Positions 18,235-28,170 of a DNA stretch of 64,000 nucleotides are shown piece by piece. The notes under the pieces are model-generated. The model was not told where the DNA came from. It did no database searches and saw only the letters and a program-made list of their open reading frames with translations. The first letter of the stretch is position 1. The number at the start of each line of letters is the position of its first letter. The position numbers and the translations under genes were made by a program. Source of the DNA: Stellaceae bacterium (GTDB lineage: Bacteria; Pseudomonadota; Alphaproteobacteria; ATCC43930; CGMCC-115725); contig DATGFP010000117.1 in NCBI GenBank assembly GCA_035309005.1, positions 5,721-69,720 of the forward strand, in the 5' to 3' direction.

Positions 18235-20160
18235 TCAGAAGCTGAGGCGGGTGCGGAAGATCAGCGATGCGTAGAAATAAAGCTCGGCGTCGAGCGCGCG
18301 CTTGATGTTGTCAGCGCGGCGGAAGCCGTGCTGCTCGCCTGCGAACAGCAGATAGCCGGTGGGGATGCCCCGAGAGCGCAATGCCTCGACCATCATCTCG
18401 GTCTGGTTCGGCGGCACCACCCGGTCGTCGGCACCCTGAAAGAAGATGACCGGCCGGCGCAGCTTGTCAGCATGCGTCAGCGGCGAGCGTTCCTGATAGA
18501 GATCGGCGCGCTCGGGGTAGGGGCCGATCAGCCAGTCGAGATAGCGCGATTCGAATTTGTGGGTGTCGCGGGCCAGCGCGGCGACATCGCTGACCCCGTA
18601 ATAGCTGGCGCCGCCGCGGAACACGTCGCCGAAGACGTCGCTGCGCGCCAATGCCGCCAGCACCGTGTAGCCGCCCGCGCTGCCGCCGGTGATGACAGCG
18701 CGCTCGCCGTCGGCCAGCCCCTCGGCGATGACGTGGCGTGCTGCCGCCACGCAATCCTGGACATCGACGACGCCCCACGCCCCTTGCAGACGCTCGCGGT
18801 AGGCGCGGCCATATCCGGTGCTGCCGCCGTAATCGACGTCGAGCACGGCGATGCCGCGGCTCGTCCAATACTGGATGCCGAGGCTGAGGCTGGAGGAGGC
18901 CGAGGCGGTCGGCCCGCCATGGCATTTGACGACGAGCGGCGGCTTTTCGTCCGCCGGCGGCGCGAAATCGGGGTTCGCCGGCGGATAGTAGTTGGCGTAG
19001 GCGGTCAGGCCGTTCGCGGTCGGGAAGGCGAGATGCCGCGGCAGCGAGAAATAGCGCCGCAGCCCCTCTTCTGCAGCCGCCGGGGCCGATCGCCGCAGCA
19101 CCTCGACAGCGCCGCTCACCGTGTCGATCGTGACGATCGCGGGTGGGTTGTCGGGGGCGCTCGCGATACAGACGATGCGCTCGCCGGCGGCCCGTATGCT
19201 GCCGAATTCGCTGTACGGCAGCGCGATCGGCGCGAACGTCCCGGTCGCGATGTCGAGCTGCGCGAGCCGGGTGCGTCCGCCTTCAGCATAGGCGCAGACC
19301 AGCCGGTCCGGCGACAGGAAGGCGTAGCTCGATTGCCCGAAGACCCATTGCGCCTGGCCAAACTCGGCGGCGCGTGGGCACAGCGGCCGCACCTCGCCCG
19401 AGGTCGGGTCACAGCGGTAGAGGTTCCACCAGCCGCTGCGGTCGGAGACGAAATACAGGGCGCCGTCGGGCGAGAATTGCGGCTGGAAAATCGATTCCGC
19501 CGGGCCCCCAGCGACCAGCCGCGCCTCGGCGAGCGACCCATCATCGGCGATTGTAGCGAGGCGCAACTGCGTGCCGACCCACGGCATGTTCGGGTGGTCC
19601 CAACTGAGCCACGCGAGGCGGGCGGCATCCGGCGACAGCGCCGGCGAGGCGAAGAAATCATGGCCCCCGGCCAGCACGCGCCCCGGCCCCGGCGCGGCCG
19701 GATCGACCGCCACCAGCGCATTGTGAACCGCACCGCCCGCGGCGTGCTCCTCGCGCACGCCGATCCACCGCCGGCGTCGCGCATCGAACAGCCCGTCGGC
19801 ATAGCGCCAGCCGCCCTCCGCCGGCGTCAGCGGCGTCGGCGTCGCCTCGGCGGCCTCCTGACGATAAAGCCGCTGGTCGGCGAAATTGCTGAAGAACACG
19901 ACCCCCTGATGGGCCGTCGCGGCGCCGCCGCCATATTCGTGCACCCGGGTACGCGCGTTGAACGGCTGCGGGGTGACGTCGGCGACAAGGCCCTCCCGGG
20001 TGCGGCGGATGACAACGCTGCGCGCCTCGCCCGGGCGACCTTCGATCCAGTAGATATCGTCGCCGTCGACCTTGACGCCGGCGAGGCCGATCGCCTCGCC
20101 GACAATCAGGTCCGAGGTGATCGGCGAGCGCCATGCGCCGTAGGGCAGGGTCTCGGTCAT
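18235..20160 (-). CDS. S9 family serine peptidase (prolyl oligopeptidase/dipeptidyl aminopeptidase-like)
   Basis: N-terminal beta-propeller region. The C-terminal hydrolase has GGSAGGY, plus a distal D and H (EQHGF). Confidence 0.85.
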   Translation of the reverse strand: MTETLPYGAWRSPITSDLIVGEAIGLAGVKVDGDDIYWIEGRPGEARSVVIRRTREGLVADVTPQPFNARTRVHEYGGGAATAHQGVVFFSNFADQRLYRQEAAEATPTPLTPAEGGWRYADGLFDARRRRWIGVREEHAAGGAVHNALVAVDPAAPGPGRVLAGGHDFFASPALSPDAARLAWLSWDHPNMPWVGTQLRLATIADDGSLAEARLVAGGPAESIFQPQFSPDGALYFVSDRSGWWNLYRCDPTSGEVRPLCPRAAEFGQAQWVFGQSSYAFLSPDRLVCAYAEGGRTRLAQLDIATGTFAPIALPYSEFGSIRAAGERIVCIASAPDNPPAIVTIDTVSGAVEVLRRSAPAAAEEGLRRYFSLPRHLAFPTANGLTAYANYYPPANPDFAPPADEKPPLVVKCHGGPTASASSSLSLGIQYWTSRGIAVLDVDYGGSTGYGRAYRERLQGAWGVVDVQDCVAAARHVIAEGLADGERAVITGGSAGGYTVLAALARSDVFGDVFRGGASYYGVSDVAALARDTHKFESRYLDWLIGPYPERADLYQERSPLTHADKLRRPVIFFQGADDRVVPPNQTEMMVEALRSRGIPTGYLLFAGEQHGFRRADNIKRALDAELYFYASLIFRTRLSF

Positions 20161-21125
20161 ACCAAGCGCGTCCCGCCGCCGCCCCGGATCGCTTCGGCGA
20201 TCGCGACAAACGCCGCCGTGACGTTGACGATTTCGCCGACCGAAATCGGGTAGGGGGCGCGGCCCGCGACCGCGTCGGCAAAGGCTTCGAGGTTGACGCG
20301 CACCGTGTCGATGTTGGCGAATGTCCGCAGTTCCCGCGCTGCGCCGCTGTGCCGGACCACCATCTCGTTGCGGCTGATCGCTTCGGCCGAGCCGCTGCGG
20401 CCAAAGGCATGGACGCGCAAGAACGCCGGCGTCGAGCGCACCGCGGCCAGCGTGCCGCTCACCCCGGAGGCGAATTCGATGAGCACGACGACGCTGTCAT
20501 GGGGGTCGGGCGGCGGCTTCTGCGACAGCATCTGTGCATGGATCTTGCGGACCGGGCCGGCGAGCCGCACCAGCGCATCGAGCATATGGATGCCGGTGCC
20601 GGTCATGCCGCCGGCCGGCGTCTCGTCGAGCGTGTCGCGCCAGGCCGCGAAGCCGGCCGCAACCTCGTTCGAAAAATGCGCCTCGACATGCAAGAGCGGC
20701 CCCAATTCGCCGCTGTCAACCAAGCGCGCGATCTCGGCCAGGGCCGGGAAGAAGCGCTTGTCGGTGCCAATGCCGAGCACCACCCCCGCCCCGCTGCAGG
20801 CCGCGGCGGCACGCTCGGCGTCGGCCCGGGTCAGCGCCAGCGGCTTCTCGCAGAATACCGCCTTCCCGGCTGCCGCCGCAGTGACCACCTGGTCTGCATG
20901 CTGCGAATGCGGCGTTGCCAGTGCGATTGCGTCGATCGCCGGATTGGCCAGGGCTGCCGCGAAGCTGTCGACGACTTGCAGCCGGTGCTGCGTGGCGAAC
21001 TCGCGGACCCGTGCCGGGTCGCGGCTCACCGCGGTGGCGAAGCGCAGCCGGTCGCTGTTGCCCTGCACCGCGCCGACCAGCGTCTGGCCCCAGCGGCCCA
21101 GACCGACGATCGCGGCGCTGATCAT
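20157..21125 (-). CDS. Gfo/Idh/MocA family oxidoreductase
   Basis: The Rossmann N-terminus is AIVGLGRWG, and EKP is present. ATG at 21125. ATGA overlap with the peptidase gene. Confidence 0.8.
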   Translation of the reverse strand: MISAAIVGLGRWGQTLVGAVQGNSDRLRFATAVSRDPARVREFATQHRLQVVDSFAAALANPAIDAIALATPHSQHADQVVTAAAAGKAVFCEKPLALTRADAERAAAACSGAGVVLGIGTDKRFFPALAEIARLVDSGELGPLLHVEAHFSNEVAAGFAAWRDTLDETPAGGMTGTGIHMLDALVRLAGPVRKIHAQMLSQKPPPDPHDSVVVLIEFASGVSGTLAAVRSTPAFLRVHAFGRSGSAEAISRNEMVVRHSGAARELRTFANIDTVRVNLEAFADAVAGRAPYPISVGEIVNVTAAFVAIAEAIRGGGGTRLV

Positions 21126-21129
21126 CGCG

Positions 21130-22272
21130 TCATTCGCCGGCGGCGCGGCGCGGCTGGGTTGCCTCGTTGAGGATAAGCCGCAGGCCCGAGGCTTCATCGA
21201 GCGGCTCGGTAGAGGCGATCTCGATGCCGAACCCGGCGAGCCCAACGTAGGTGCGCGGGCGCGTCGCATAGAGCCGGATCGAGGTGATGCCGAGGTCGCG
21301 CAGGATCTGGGCGCCGAGCCCGATATCCTTCCACTGCCGGCTGCGCTCCAGTTCGGAGGCGGTGCCGTCGTCGGCGATCGCGGTGGTCGGCACGCCGGAA
21401 GTGCCCTCGCGCAGGTAGACGAGGACACCGCTTCCCGCTTCCTTGAAGCGGGCGAGCGCGGCATGGATTGGCTTGGCGCCGCCGAACACGTCCTCGATCA
21501 CATTGGCGCGGTGCAGCCGGGTCGGCACGTCGCGCCCGTCGCCGATCTCGCCGTAAACGAAGGCGAAATGATGCACTTTGTCGAACGGGGTGACGTAGGC
21601 GTAGCCGCGAAAGGCGCCGGCCTCGTTTTCGATCGTGAACTCGGCGACCCGGGTTACCAGCTTCTCGCGCGCCTGCCGATAGGCGATTAGATCGGCGACC
21701 GAAATACGCTGCAGCGTGTGCTTTTTGGCGAAGGCGGCGATTTGCGGCCCGCGCATCACCGTGCCGTCATCGTTGACCAATTCGCAGATCGCCGCGACCG
21801 GCTCGATCGCGGCAAAGCGGCACAGATCGATCGCCGCCTCGGTATGGCCCGAGCGCATCAACACGCCGCCATCCTTGGCGATCAGCGGAAAGATGTGGCC
21901 AGGCCGCACGAAATCGGCGCGCCCGGCATTGCCGTTGGCGAGCCCGCGGATCGTCGCGGTGCGGTCGTCGGCCGAGATGCCGGTCGTCGTGCCGTGGCGG
22001 TAGTCGACCGAGATCGTGAAGGCGGTGCCGTGGATCGCGTCGCTGTCGGCGACCATCGGCGCCAGATGCAGCCGCCGCGCGATGTCGCCGGTGACCGGGG
22101 CGCAGACGATGCCGCAGGTGTGACGGATGATGAACGCCATTTTTTCCGGCGTCGCATGCACCGCGGCGACGATCAAATCGCCCTCGTTTTCGCGATCGTC
22201 GTCGTCGGTGACGACGACGATCTCACCGCGGGCGAAGGCGTCGATGGCTTCGCGGACCCTCAATTGCGACAC
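21130..22272 (-). CDS. ribBA: bifunctional 3,4-dihydroxy-2-butanone-4-phosphate synthase / GTP cyclohydrolase II-like protein
   Basis: VTDDDDRENEGDLIVAA...RHTCGIVC...RSGHTEA (DHBP synthase), followed by a GCHII-like C-terminal half. Confidence 0.9.
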   Translation of the reverse strand: MSQLRVREAIDAFARGEIVVVTDDDDRENEGDLIVAAVHATPEKMAFIIRHTCGIVCAPVTGDIARRLHLAPMVADSDAIHGTAFTISVDYRHGTTTGISADDRTATIRGLANGNAGRADFVRPGHIFPLIAKDGGVLMRSGHTEAAIDLCRFAAIEPVAAICELVNDDGTVMRGPQIAAFAKKHTLQRISVADLIAYRQAREKLVTRVAEFTIENEAGAFRGYAYVTPFDKVHHFAFVYGEIGDGRDVPTRLHRANVIEDVFGGAKPIHAALARFKEAGSGVLVYLREGTSGVPTTAIADDGTASELERSRQWKDIGLGAQILRDLGITSIRLYATRPRTYVGLAGFGIEIASTEPLDEASGLRLILNEATQPRRAAGE

Positions 22273-22276
22273 GGGC

Positions 22277-22651
22277 TCAGTCTCCGAAACCGTTCTCGGC
22301 GAGGAACGACGGGTTTCCCTCGCGCAGCTTCACGATCGTCAGCCGCCATAGTATCGCACGCGCCGCGCGCGCGCGCGGTTCGCATATCTCGAATGCGCCG
22401 ACGCGCAGGTCGGCGGCTAGGCGAGCGAGCAGCAGGGCGATGTCTCCCTCGCCATAAAGCTCCTCCAGCGCGTGCATGACATCGCGCGCCGGCGCGTTGG
22501 CGGCCGCGGCCTCGCGCTCGGCGATCGCGATCGCGGTGGCGAGGAGCCGCACCTCGCGCTCGCGCTCCGCCGGCACCAGCGGCAGCAATTCGCGCAGCAG
22601 CCATTCGCGTCCGAGCGCAAGCAGCGCCATGCCGCTCGGGCGGTCACGCAT
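22277..22651 (-). CDS. small hypothetical protein (DUF6285-like, phosphotransferase-associated)
   Basis: 124 aa, overlaps the stop of the upstream APH-like gene. An alternative ATG lies at 22630. The family assignment is from memory only. Confidence 0.5.
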   Translation of the reverse strand: MRDRPSGMALLALGREWLLRELLPLVPAEREREVRLLATAIAIAEREAAAANAPARDVMHALEELYGEGDIALLLARLAADLRVGAFEICEPRARAARAILWRLTIVKLREGNPSFLAENGFGD

Positions 22652-23693
22652 GGCGGCGAAATTCGGTGGGCGCGCCGCCAGGATCGAGCAGCATCAGCAG
22701 CTCCAGCTCACATTCGGCGGCGCGGCGGCCGATGATTGCGGTCGCGAGATCGCGCGCCCCGCCGATCAGATGCCGGTCGCTTTGCTGCAAGGCAATGATC
22801 CCCCAGCGCACATTTGCAAGCATCTCCCAGAAAAATACCCGCGCCGGATCGAGTTGGCGGCCGGCGGCGCTCTCGTAGCCGGCGTAGAACGGCGCGCGCG
22901 CCGCGATGCCGCCGGCCTCGCGGTCGAGCCGGGCGAAGCGCCAGCCCTTGCAGCAGAACCAGCCGATGTCCTCGTCGGGATCGCCCCAACCGGCGAATTC
23001 CCAATCGAGGATCGCGGTCAACTCGGCCCCATCGAGCAAGTAATTGCCGGTACGGAAATCGCGATGGCACAGCACCGCGGGCAGCGGCGCCGGCCGGTGG
23101 GTTTCCAGCCAGCGTATTGCCCATTCGAGGACCGGCCGCGGGGCGGGATGCGCGTCCAGATAGCGGTGGAAGCTCGCGATGTGCTCCTCGGCGCCAATCG
23201 ACGGCAGAAAAGCGAGATCCGAACGGGGCGGCCGGATGGTTTGGAGACGCGCCAGCTGATGCCCGAGCCGGGCGGCGATTTCCGGCAAGCCCGGATCGAA
23301 CGCCGGGTCGGACGTTATCTGTCGGCCCTGCGCGGTTCCGGGAACGCGGCGCATGACAAAGAACGGCTTGCCGATGACGCTCGGATTGGGGCAGGGCCAC
23401 AGCGGCTCCGGTGCGGCGACGCCAGCGGCGTGCACCGCGCGCAGCACAGCGAATTCCTCGATGCGCGACAGGCTCGATGGAATGCCGGTTGCAGCACCGG
23501 TGCGTAGCACGAGACGCTGCGGCCCAGCCAGGTCACCGCCGCCAAAGCTTGCGTCGATCCCCCAATTTTCTTGGATTGCGCCGCCGGAAAGCAGCTCTAT
23601 CCCGGCGATTTCAACGCTGCTCGCGCCGCTCGTCGCGGCGAGAAAGCGGGCGAGCGCCCCGAGGTCAAATGGCGGCAACGGCGTGGCCGCCAT
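22644..23693 (-). CDS. phosphotransferase (APH/choline-kinase-like) family protein
   Basis: Catalytic loop HRDFRTGNYLL and DWEFAGWGDP. The start is ambiguous (ATG at 23693 or 23720); both overlap the upstream SDR gene. Confidence 0.8.
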   Translation of the reverse strand: MAATPLPPFDLGALARFLAATSGASSVEIAGIELLSGGAIQENWGIDASFGGGDLAGPQRLVLRTGAATGIPSSLSRIEEFAVLRAVHAAGVAAPEPLWPCPNPSVIGKPFFVMRRVPGTAQGRQITSDPAFDPGLPEIAARLGHQLARLQTIRPPRSDLAFLPSIGAEEHIASFHRYLDAHPAPRPVLEWAIRWLETHRPAPLPAVLCHRDFRTGNYLLDGAELTAILDWEFAGWGDPDEDIGWFCCKGWRFARLDREAGGIAARAPFYAGYESAAGRQLDPARVFFWEMLANVRWGIIALQQSDRHLIGGARDLATAIIGRRAAECELELLMLLDPGGAPTEFRRHA

Positions 23694-24453
23694 CGACCGC
23701 GAGGACCGCGCCGGTGACATAGGCGCTGGCCGGCGAGGCGAGGAACAACAGCGCTCCGTCGAGGTCGGGGACCTGCCCGATGCGCCGCAACGGGATACGG
23801 CCGATCAGCGCCTTGCCGGGTTCGGTTGCAAAGAAGGCGCGGTTGAAGTCGGTCTCGATGTAACCCGGCGCCAGCGCGTTGACGAGAATGCCGTAGCGCG
23901 CCAGTTCCATCGCCAGCACCTGCGTCAGGTGGCTGAGGCCGGCTTTCGCCGCGCAATAGGCCGGCACCCGGCCGATCGTGCGCGAGGCGAGGACCGACGA
24001 GATGTTGATGATCCGCCCCGGGCGTTTCAGCCCGACGAGATGGTGGGCAAATTCGCGCGCCGCGAGCCACGCGCCTTTGAGATTGGTGTCGACGACGTAG
24101 TCCCAATCCTCCTCGGTGTGCTCGAACAGCGGCTTCGAGACGACAACGCCGGCGTTGTTGACGAGGACCGAGAGCGGCCCGAGACGCTCCTCGGCGGCGG
24201 TGATGGCGGCGGCGACGCTCGCTTGCTTTGTCACATCGCAAGCAAGCGGCAGGCATTGCCCGCCCTTGGCCTCGATCTCGCGCGCCAATTCGGCGAGGCG
24301 GTCTTCGCGGCGCGCCGCGAGCGCCACCTTGGCGCCGGCGGCGGCCAGCACCCTGGCAAAATGCTCGCCGATGCCGGAGGACGCCCCGGTGACCAGCACC
24401 ACCTCGCCGGCGACGGAGAAATTCGGCATCGCGACGCGAGCGCTTTCGCTCAC
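23665..24453 (-). CDS. SDR family oxidoreductase
   Basis: TGASSGIG, NNAG and YCAAK motifs. The start is either GTG at 24453 (GTGA overlap) or ATG at 24429. Confidence 0.85.
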   Translation of the reverse strand: MSESARVAMPNFSVAGEVVLVTGASSGIGEHFARVLAAAGAKVALAARREDRLAELAREIEAKGGQCLPLACDVTKQASVAAAITAAEERLGPLSVLVNNAGVVVSKPLFEHTEEDWDYVVDTNLKGAWLAAREFAHHLVGLKRPGRIINISSVLASRTIGRVPAYCAAKAGLSHLTQVLAMELARYGILVNALAPGYIETDFNRAFFATEPGKALIGRIPLRRIGQVPDLDGALLFLASPASAYVTGAVLAVDGGHAVAAI

Positions 24454-26087
24454 GCCTGCACGGCCTTCGCCTGCTCGCGCAGCGCGTATTTCTGGATTTT
24501 TCCCGTGGAGGTTTTGGGCAGCGGGCCGAACACGATGGTTCGCGGCACCTTGTAATGCGCCAGATTGCCGCGGCAGAAGGCGATGATCTCAGCCTGCGTC
24601 ACCGCGCCCGCGTCTTCCTTCAGCGTGACGAATGCGCACGGGCTCTCGCCCCAGCGCTCGTCCGGCCGGGCGACGACCGCCGCTTCCATGACCTGCGGAT
24701 GGCGGTACAGCACCTCCTCGACCTCGATCGAGGAAATATTTTCGCCGCCGGAGATGATGATGTCCTTCGAGCGGTCCTTGATTTCGACGTAGCCGTCCGG
24801 GTGCATGACCGCGAGGTCGCCGGTGTGGAACCAGCCGCCGACGAGGGCCTCCTCGGTCGCCGCCGGGTTTGCGAGATAGCCCTTCATCAGCGTGTTACCG
24901 CGCAGCATCAGTTCACCGATCGTCGCGCCGTCGGCCGGCACATCCCTCATCGTCGCCGGGTCGGCGACGCGCTGCCGGTCTAACGTCAGGTATTGCACCC
25001 CCTGGCGCGCCATCCTGGCCGAGCGCTCGGCCAATGGCAGGCCCGCCCATTCCTCCTGCCAGGCGCACGACGTCGAGGGGCCGTAGCTCTCGGTCAGGCC
25101 ATAGAGGTGCGTCACGCGAAAGCCCATCCGCTCCATCGCCTCGATGACCGATGAGGGCGGCGCCGCGCCGCCGGTTGCCGCCTCGACGACATGTTCGAAG
25201 CGGCGCTTCACCGCGTCAGGGGCGTGCACCAGCATGTTGAGGACAATGGGCGCGCCGCACAGATGCGTCACCCGATGCTCGGCGATCGCGGCAAAGATGG
25301 CCGCCGGCTCGACCCGGCGCAGGCAGACATGCGTCGCGGCGACGGCGGTGACGCCCCAGGTGTAGGTCCAGCCGCTGCAATGAAACATCGGCAGCGTCCA
25401 CAGATAGGTGGAATGCCGGTCGAGGCCGAAGGTGATCGCGTTGCCGAGCGCGTTCAAAAACGCGCCGCGATGGTGGTAGACGACGCCCTTCGGGTTGCCG
25501 GTGGTGCCTGAGGTGTAGTTGAGCGCGATCGCCGCCCATTCGTCCTCGGGCGGCGACCACGCGGCGGCCGGGTCTCCCTCGGCGAGGAACTCCTCATATT
25601 CCGTGCCACCGAGCGGGGCGCCGTTGTCGCCGTCGGCGATCTCGACCAGCGGGATCTTGCGGCCCTGCGCGCGCAGCGCCGCGCTTGCGAGCGGGCCGAA
25701 CTCGCGATCGGCTATGAGGAGCTTGGCGCCGCCGTGGCCGAGAATGAAGGCGATCGAGGCCGCGTCGAGACGATAATTCAAGGCGTTCAGCACCGCTCCC
25801 GCCATCGGCACGCCGTAATGCGCTTCGAGCAGGGCCGGGACGTTGGGAGCCAACACCGCGACCGTATCGCGCGGCCCGATGCCGCGCTGCCGCAGCGCGT
25901 CGGCGAAGCGCCGGCAGCGCTCATCGAACTGCCAGTAGGTAAAGCGCCGCCCGCTGTCGACTACTGCCAGCTTGTCGGGATAAACGGCGGCCGCGCGGGC
26001 GAGAAAATTGAGCGGCGTCAGCGCCGCGAAATTCGCCGGATTGCGCGCCAGATGCGGCGCGCCGTAAACCTCGTCTGCCGGCGGCAC
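24450..26087 (-). CDS. acyl-CoA synthetase (AMP-forming, medium-chain type)
   Basis: YTSGTTGNPKGV AMP-binding motif, GWFHTGDL, and C-terminal PKTSTGKIQK. The GTG start is preceded by AAGGGA. Confidence 0.9.
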   Translation of the reverse strand: MPPADEVYGAPHLARNPANFAALTPLNFLARAAAVYPDKLAVVDSGRRFTYWQFDERCRRFADALRQRGIGPRDTVAVLAPNVPALLEAHYGVPMAGAVLNALNYRLDAASIAFILGHGGAKLLIADREFGPLASAALRAQGRKIPLVEIADGDNGAPLGGTEYEEFLAEGDPAAAWSPPEDEWAAIALNYTSGTTGNPKGVVYHHRGAFLNALGNAITFGLDRHSTYLWTLPMFHCSGWTYTWGVTAVAATHVCLRRVEPAAIFAAIAEHRVTHLCGAPIVLNMLVHAPDAVKRRFEHVVEAATGGAAPPSSVIEAMERMGFRVTHLYGLTESYGPSTSCAWQEEWAGLPLAERSARMARQGVQYLTLDRQRVADPATMRDVPADGATIGELMLRGNTLMKGYLANPAATEEALVGGWFHTGDLAVMHPDGYVEIKDRSKDIIISGGENISSIEVEEVLYRHPQVMEAAVVARPDERWGESPCAFVTLKEDAGAVTQAEIIAFCRGNLAHYKVPRTIVFGPLPKTSTGKIQKYALREQAKAVQA

Positions 26088-26245
26088 GTCAGATCCCTTC
26101 GCGGTCGGGCTTCGAGGTCGGCATCCTTAGGGAAGCTGCGCCGCCAGATCAAGCGAGACTGCCGCGGCGGCTGTCGAGAAGGATGCATTAACTTTAGCTA
26201 AACCTGACCGGGCTATGCTGCCGACTGCCTGATTGGGAGGGCTGG

Positions 26246-27277
26246 ATGCCATCGGGCGGTGCCGGGAAATCGGTGTTTTTTTGCGCATTGCTGGCAGTGA
26301 CGCTGGCGCCGTTCGCGCTGATCCTAGGATTTGCGCCGCACGAAGCGCAGCTGCCCGGAATAATTTTCGCTGCCAATCTGACTGGCGGCGGACACGTTGC
26401 GTCGACCCTCTATCTGTTCGGAGACCCCGAATTTCGTCCACTGGTCCGGCGCGCTTGGCTGCGGTTTGTCGTCGCTCCGCTGGCGTTGGGGGCTGGCTTC
26501 ATTATCATCGGACAATTGGCGCCGACGATCTGGCCCGGCCTCTTTCTCGCTTTCTTCTCATGGCAGGTCTTCCACTACCAGCGCCAGAATTACGGAATTG
26601 TCTCCTTCGCGGCGAAGGCAAGCGGCACTCGGTTGCCGGCACAACTGTCTGCCGCGCTCTCCGCTACAGTGCCCGTCGCGATCCTGGGCGTCATGGCGAG
26701 TCGGACCACGGACCTGCCGGCGCTCGGGGACCCGGGGGCGCTCCGATTGGCTGGGGCGGCCCTCTATGCCGTCGCCATTGCGTGGATCATCGTTATCGTT
26801 TGGCGGGATCCAGCCGCGCGCCGGTCGCCGCTCGTTGTGGCGGCCGCAGGTTGTGCCGCCTTGTTTTTTCTGCCGGCATTGCTCAGCGGCAGCGTGCTCG
26901 TCGTATTTTGGAGCTATGCCATAGCGCATGGCGCACAATACCTTTTGTTCATGTGTGTGCTGGCCTGGACGGCGCCGCGACGGGCGATTAGCGCGAGCGG
27001 GCTTGCTTTAGCAATCCTCGGCGGCCTGTTCTTCTTTGCGGGATTACGCTCATCGTTTGTCCAGCACTTTTACCTGGGGATCACCTGCGGCCATTTCCTG
27101 ATAGACGCCAAGGTCTGGCGGCTGCGCGAGATGCCGCAGCGCGCCTTGATCGGGCGTCGTTTTGGTTTCGCTCTGGCGCCGCCGGCGCCCGGAGCGCGGG
27201 GATCAATCGCGTCCGGCGAGATCGGTGCGGATGGCCAATTGCCGCTTGCGGCGCGGCTCGGCGCAGGCCCCGGCTGA
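26246..27277 (+). CDS. polytopic membrane protein of unknown function with conserved-looking His motifs
   Basis: About eight hydrophobic segments. Motifs: WQVFHYQRQNYG, IAHGAQY, GHFLIDAKVW. GGGAGGG lies before the ATG. G+C is somewhat lower than in the neighbours. Confidence 0.55.
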   Translation: MPSGGAGKSVFFCALLAVTLAPFALILGFAPHEAQLPGIIFAANLTGGGHVASTLYLFGDPEFRPLVRRAWLRFVVAPLALGAGFIIIGQLAPTIWPGLFLAFFSWQVFHYQRQNYGIVSFAAKASGTRLPAQLSAALSATVPVAILGVMASRTTDLPALGDPGALRLAGAALYAVAIAWIIVIVWRDPAARRSPLVVAAAGCAALFFLPALLSGSVLVVFWSYAIAHGAQYLLFMCVLAWTAPRRAISASGLALAILGGLFFFAGLRSSFVQHFYLGITCGHFLIDAKVWRLREMPQRALIGRRFGFALAPPAPGARGSIASGEIGADGQLPLAARLGAGPG

Positions 27278-27324
27278 GGCTTACGGGCGAAGCTAGGCGC
27301 AAGCGCCGCTTGGGGGCAAGGCCC

Positions 27325-28170
27325 TCAGAACGGCGGCGTGCCTCGGACGACGCTGCGGTGCATGACGCGGCGGTATTTGTCGGCTTGGTAATTGGCAACC
27401 GCGCGGTGCAAGAGGGAGCGGTTGTCCCACATGACAAGATCACCGACCTGCCAGCGCTGGACGTAGACGAATTGCCGCTGCGTCGCGTGTTGGAGCAGCC
27501 CGGCGAGCAGCGCGGCGCCGTCGGCTTCCGGCATTCCCGTTATGTGCGTCGCATGGTTGCCAAGATAAAGCGCCTTTTTACCGGTGTCGGGATGGGTGCG
27601 CACCAAGGGATGCTCGACCGAGGGACGGCTCGCGTCGAAGGCCGGGCGAAACACAACCCGTAGGCCGGCGAGGCGCTGCTGCGTCGCCGGCGGCAGCGCG
27701 GCGTAGGCGAGCGCGGTATTGGCGAACTCGGTGTCACCGCCCGAGGGCGGCAGCTCGACCGCATGCAGCATCGTCAGCATCGGCGGTGCCGCGTGATAGG
27801 GTTTGTCGGTATGCCAGTGGTAATTGGCGGCCTTGGACGAGCTGAAGCGCGGCCTGCCATGCTCGTCGAGGTTGGAGAGCACGTGCGCCACTCCGTAGCG
27901 CTTCTTGTCGGCGCCGGGGCGATGGGTGCCGTGCGCCTCGACCTCGCCGAAATTCGCCGCGAAGCCGAATTGCTGCTCGCGAGTCAGTGCCTGGTCCGGG
28001 AAGATGACGATGTGGTGGGCAAGAAAGGCCGTGACGATTGCGTTCTTCAGCTCGGGCGTGAGCGGCCGCGAAAGATCGACACCGGTGATCCGGACGGCGC
28101 CCGCCGCCGCGAGCTGCCCCAGCGCCAGTGCGGGCTCAGACGTGGCCGGCCTAGACGTGGAAGGATTCAC
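27325..28170 (-). CDS. TauD/TfdA-family Fe(II)/2-oxoglutarate dioxygenase
   Basis: HWHTDKPY (HxD facial-triad region), a distal H, and R..HR. The GTG start overlaps the preceding gene by 20 nt, so the start is uncertain. Confidence 0.8.
   Translation of the reverse strand: MNPSTSRPATSEPALALGQLAAAGAVRITGVDLSRPLTPELKNAIVTAFLAHHIVIFPDQALTREQQFGFAANFGEVEAHGTHRPGADKKRYGVAHVLSNLDEHGRPRFSSSKAANYHWHTDKPYHAAPPMLTMLHAVELPPSGGDTEFANTALAYAALPPATQQRLAGLRVVFRPAFDASRPSVEHPLVRTHPDTGKKALYLGNHATHITGMPEADGAALLAGLLQHATQRQFVYVQRWQVGDLVMWDNRSLLHRAVANYQADKYRRVMHRSVVRGTPPF

Noticed and set aside
18328-20253. 641-aa plus-strand ORF exactly mirroring the S9 peptidase gene
   Set aside because: It is an antisense artefact. 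The minus-strand product carries GGSAGGY and a full peptidase architecture, whereas this one is Arg/Ala/Gly-rich with no motif.
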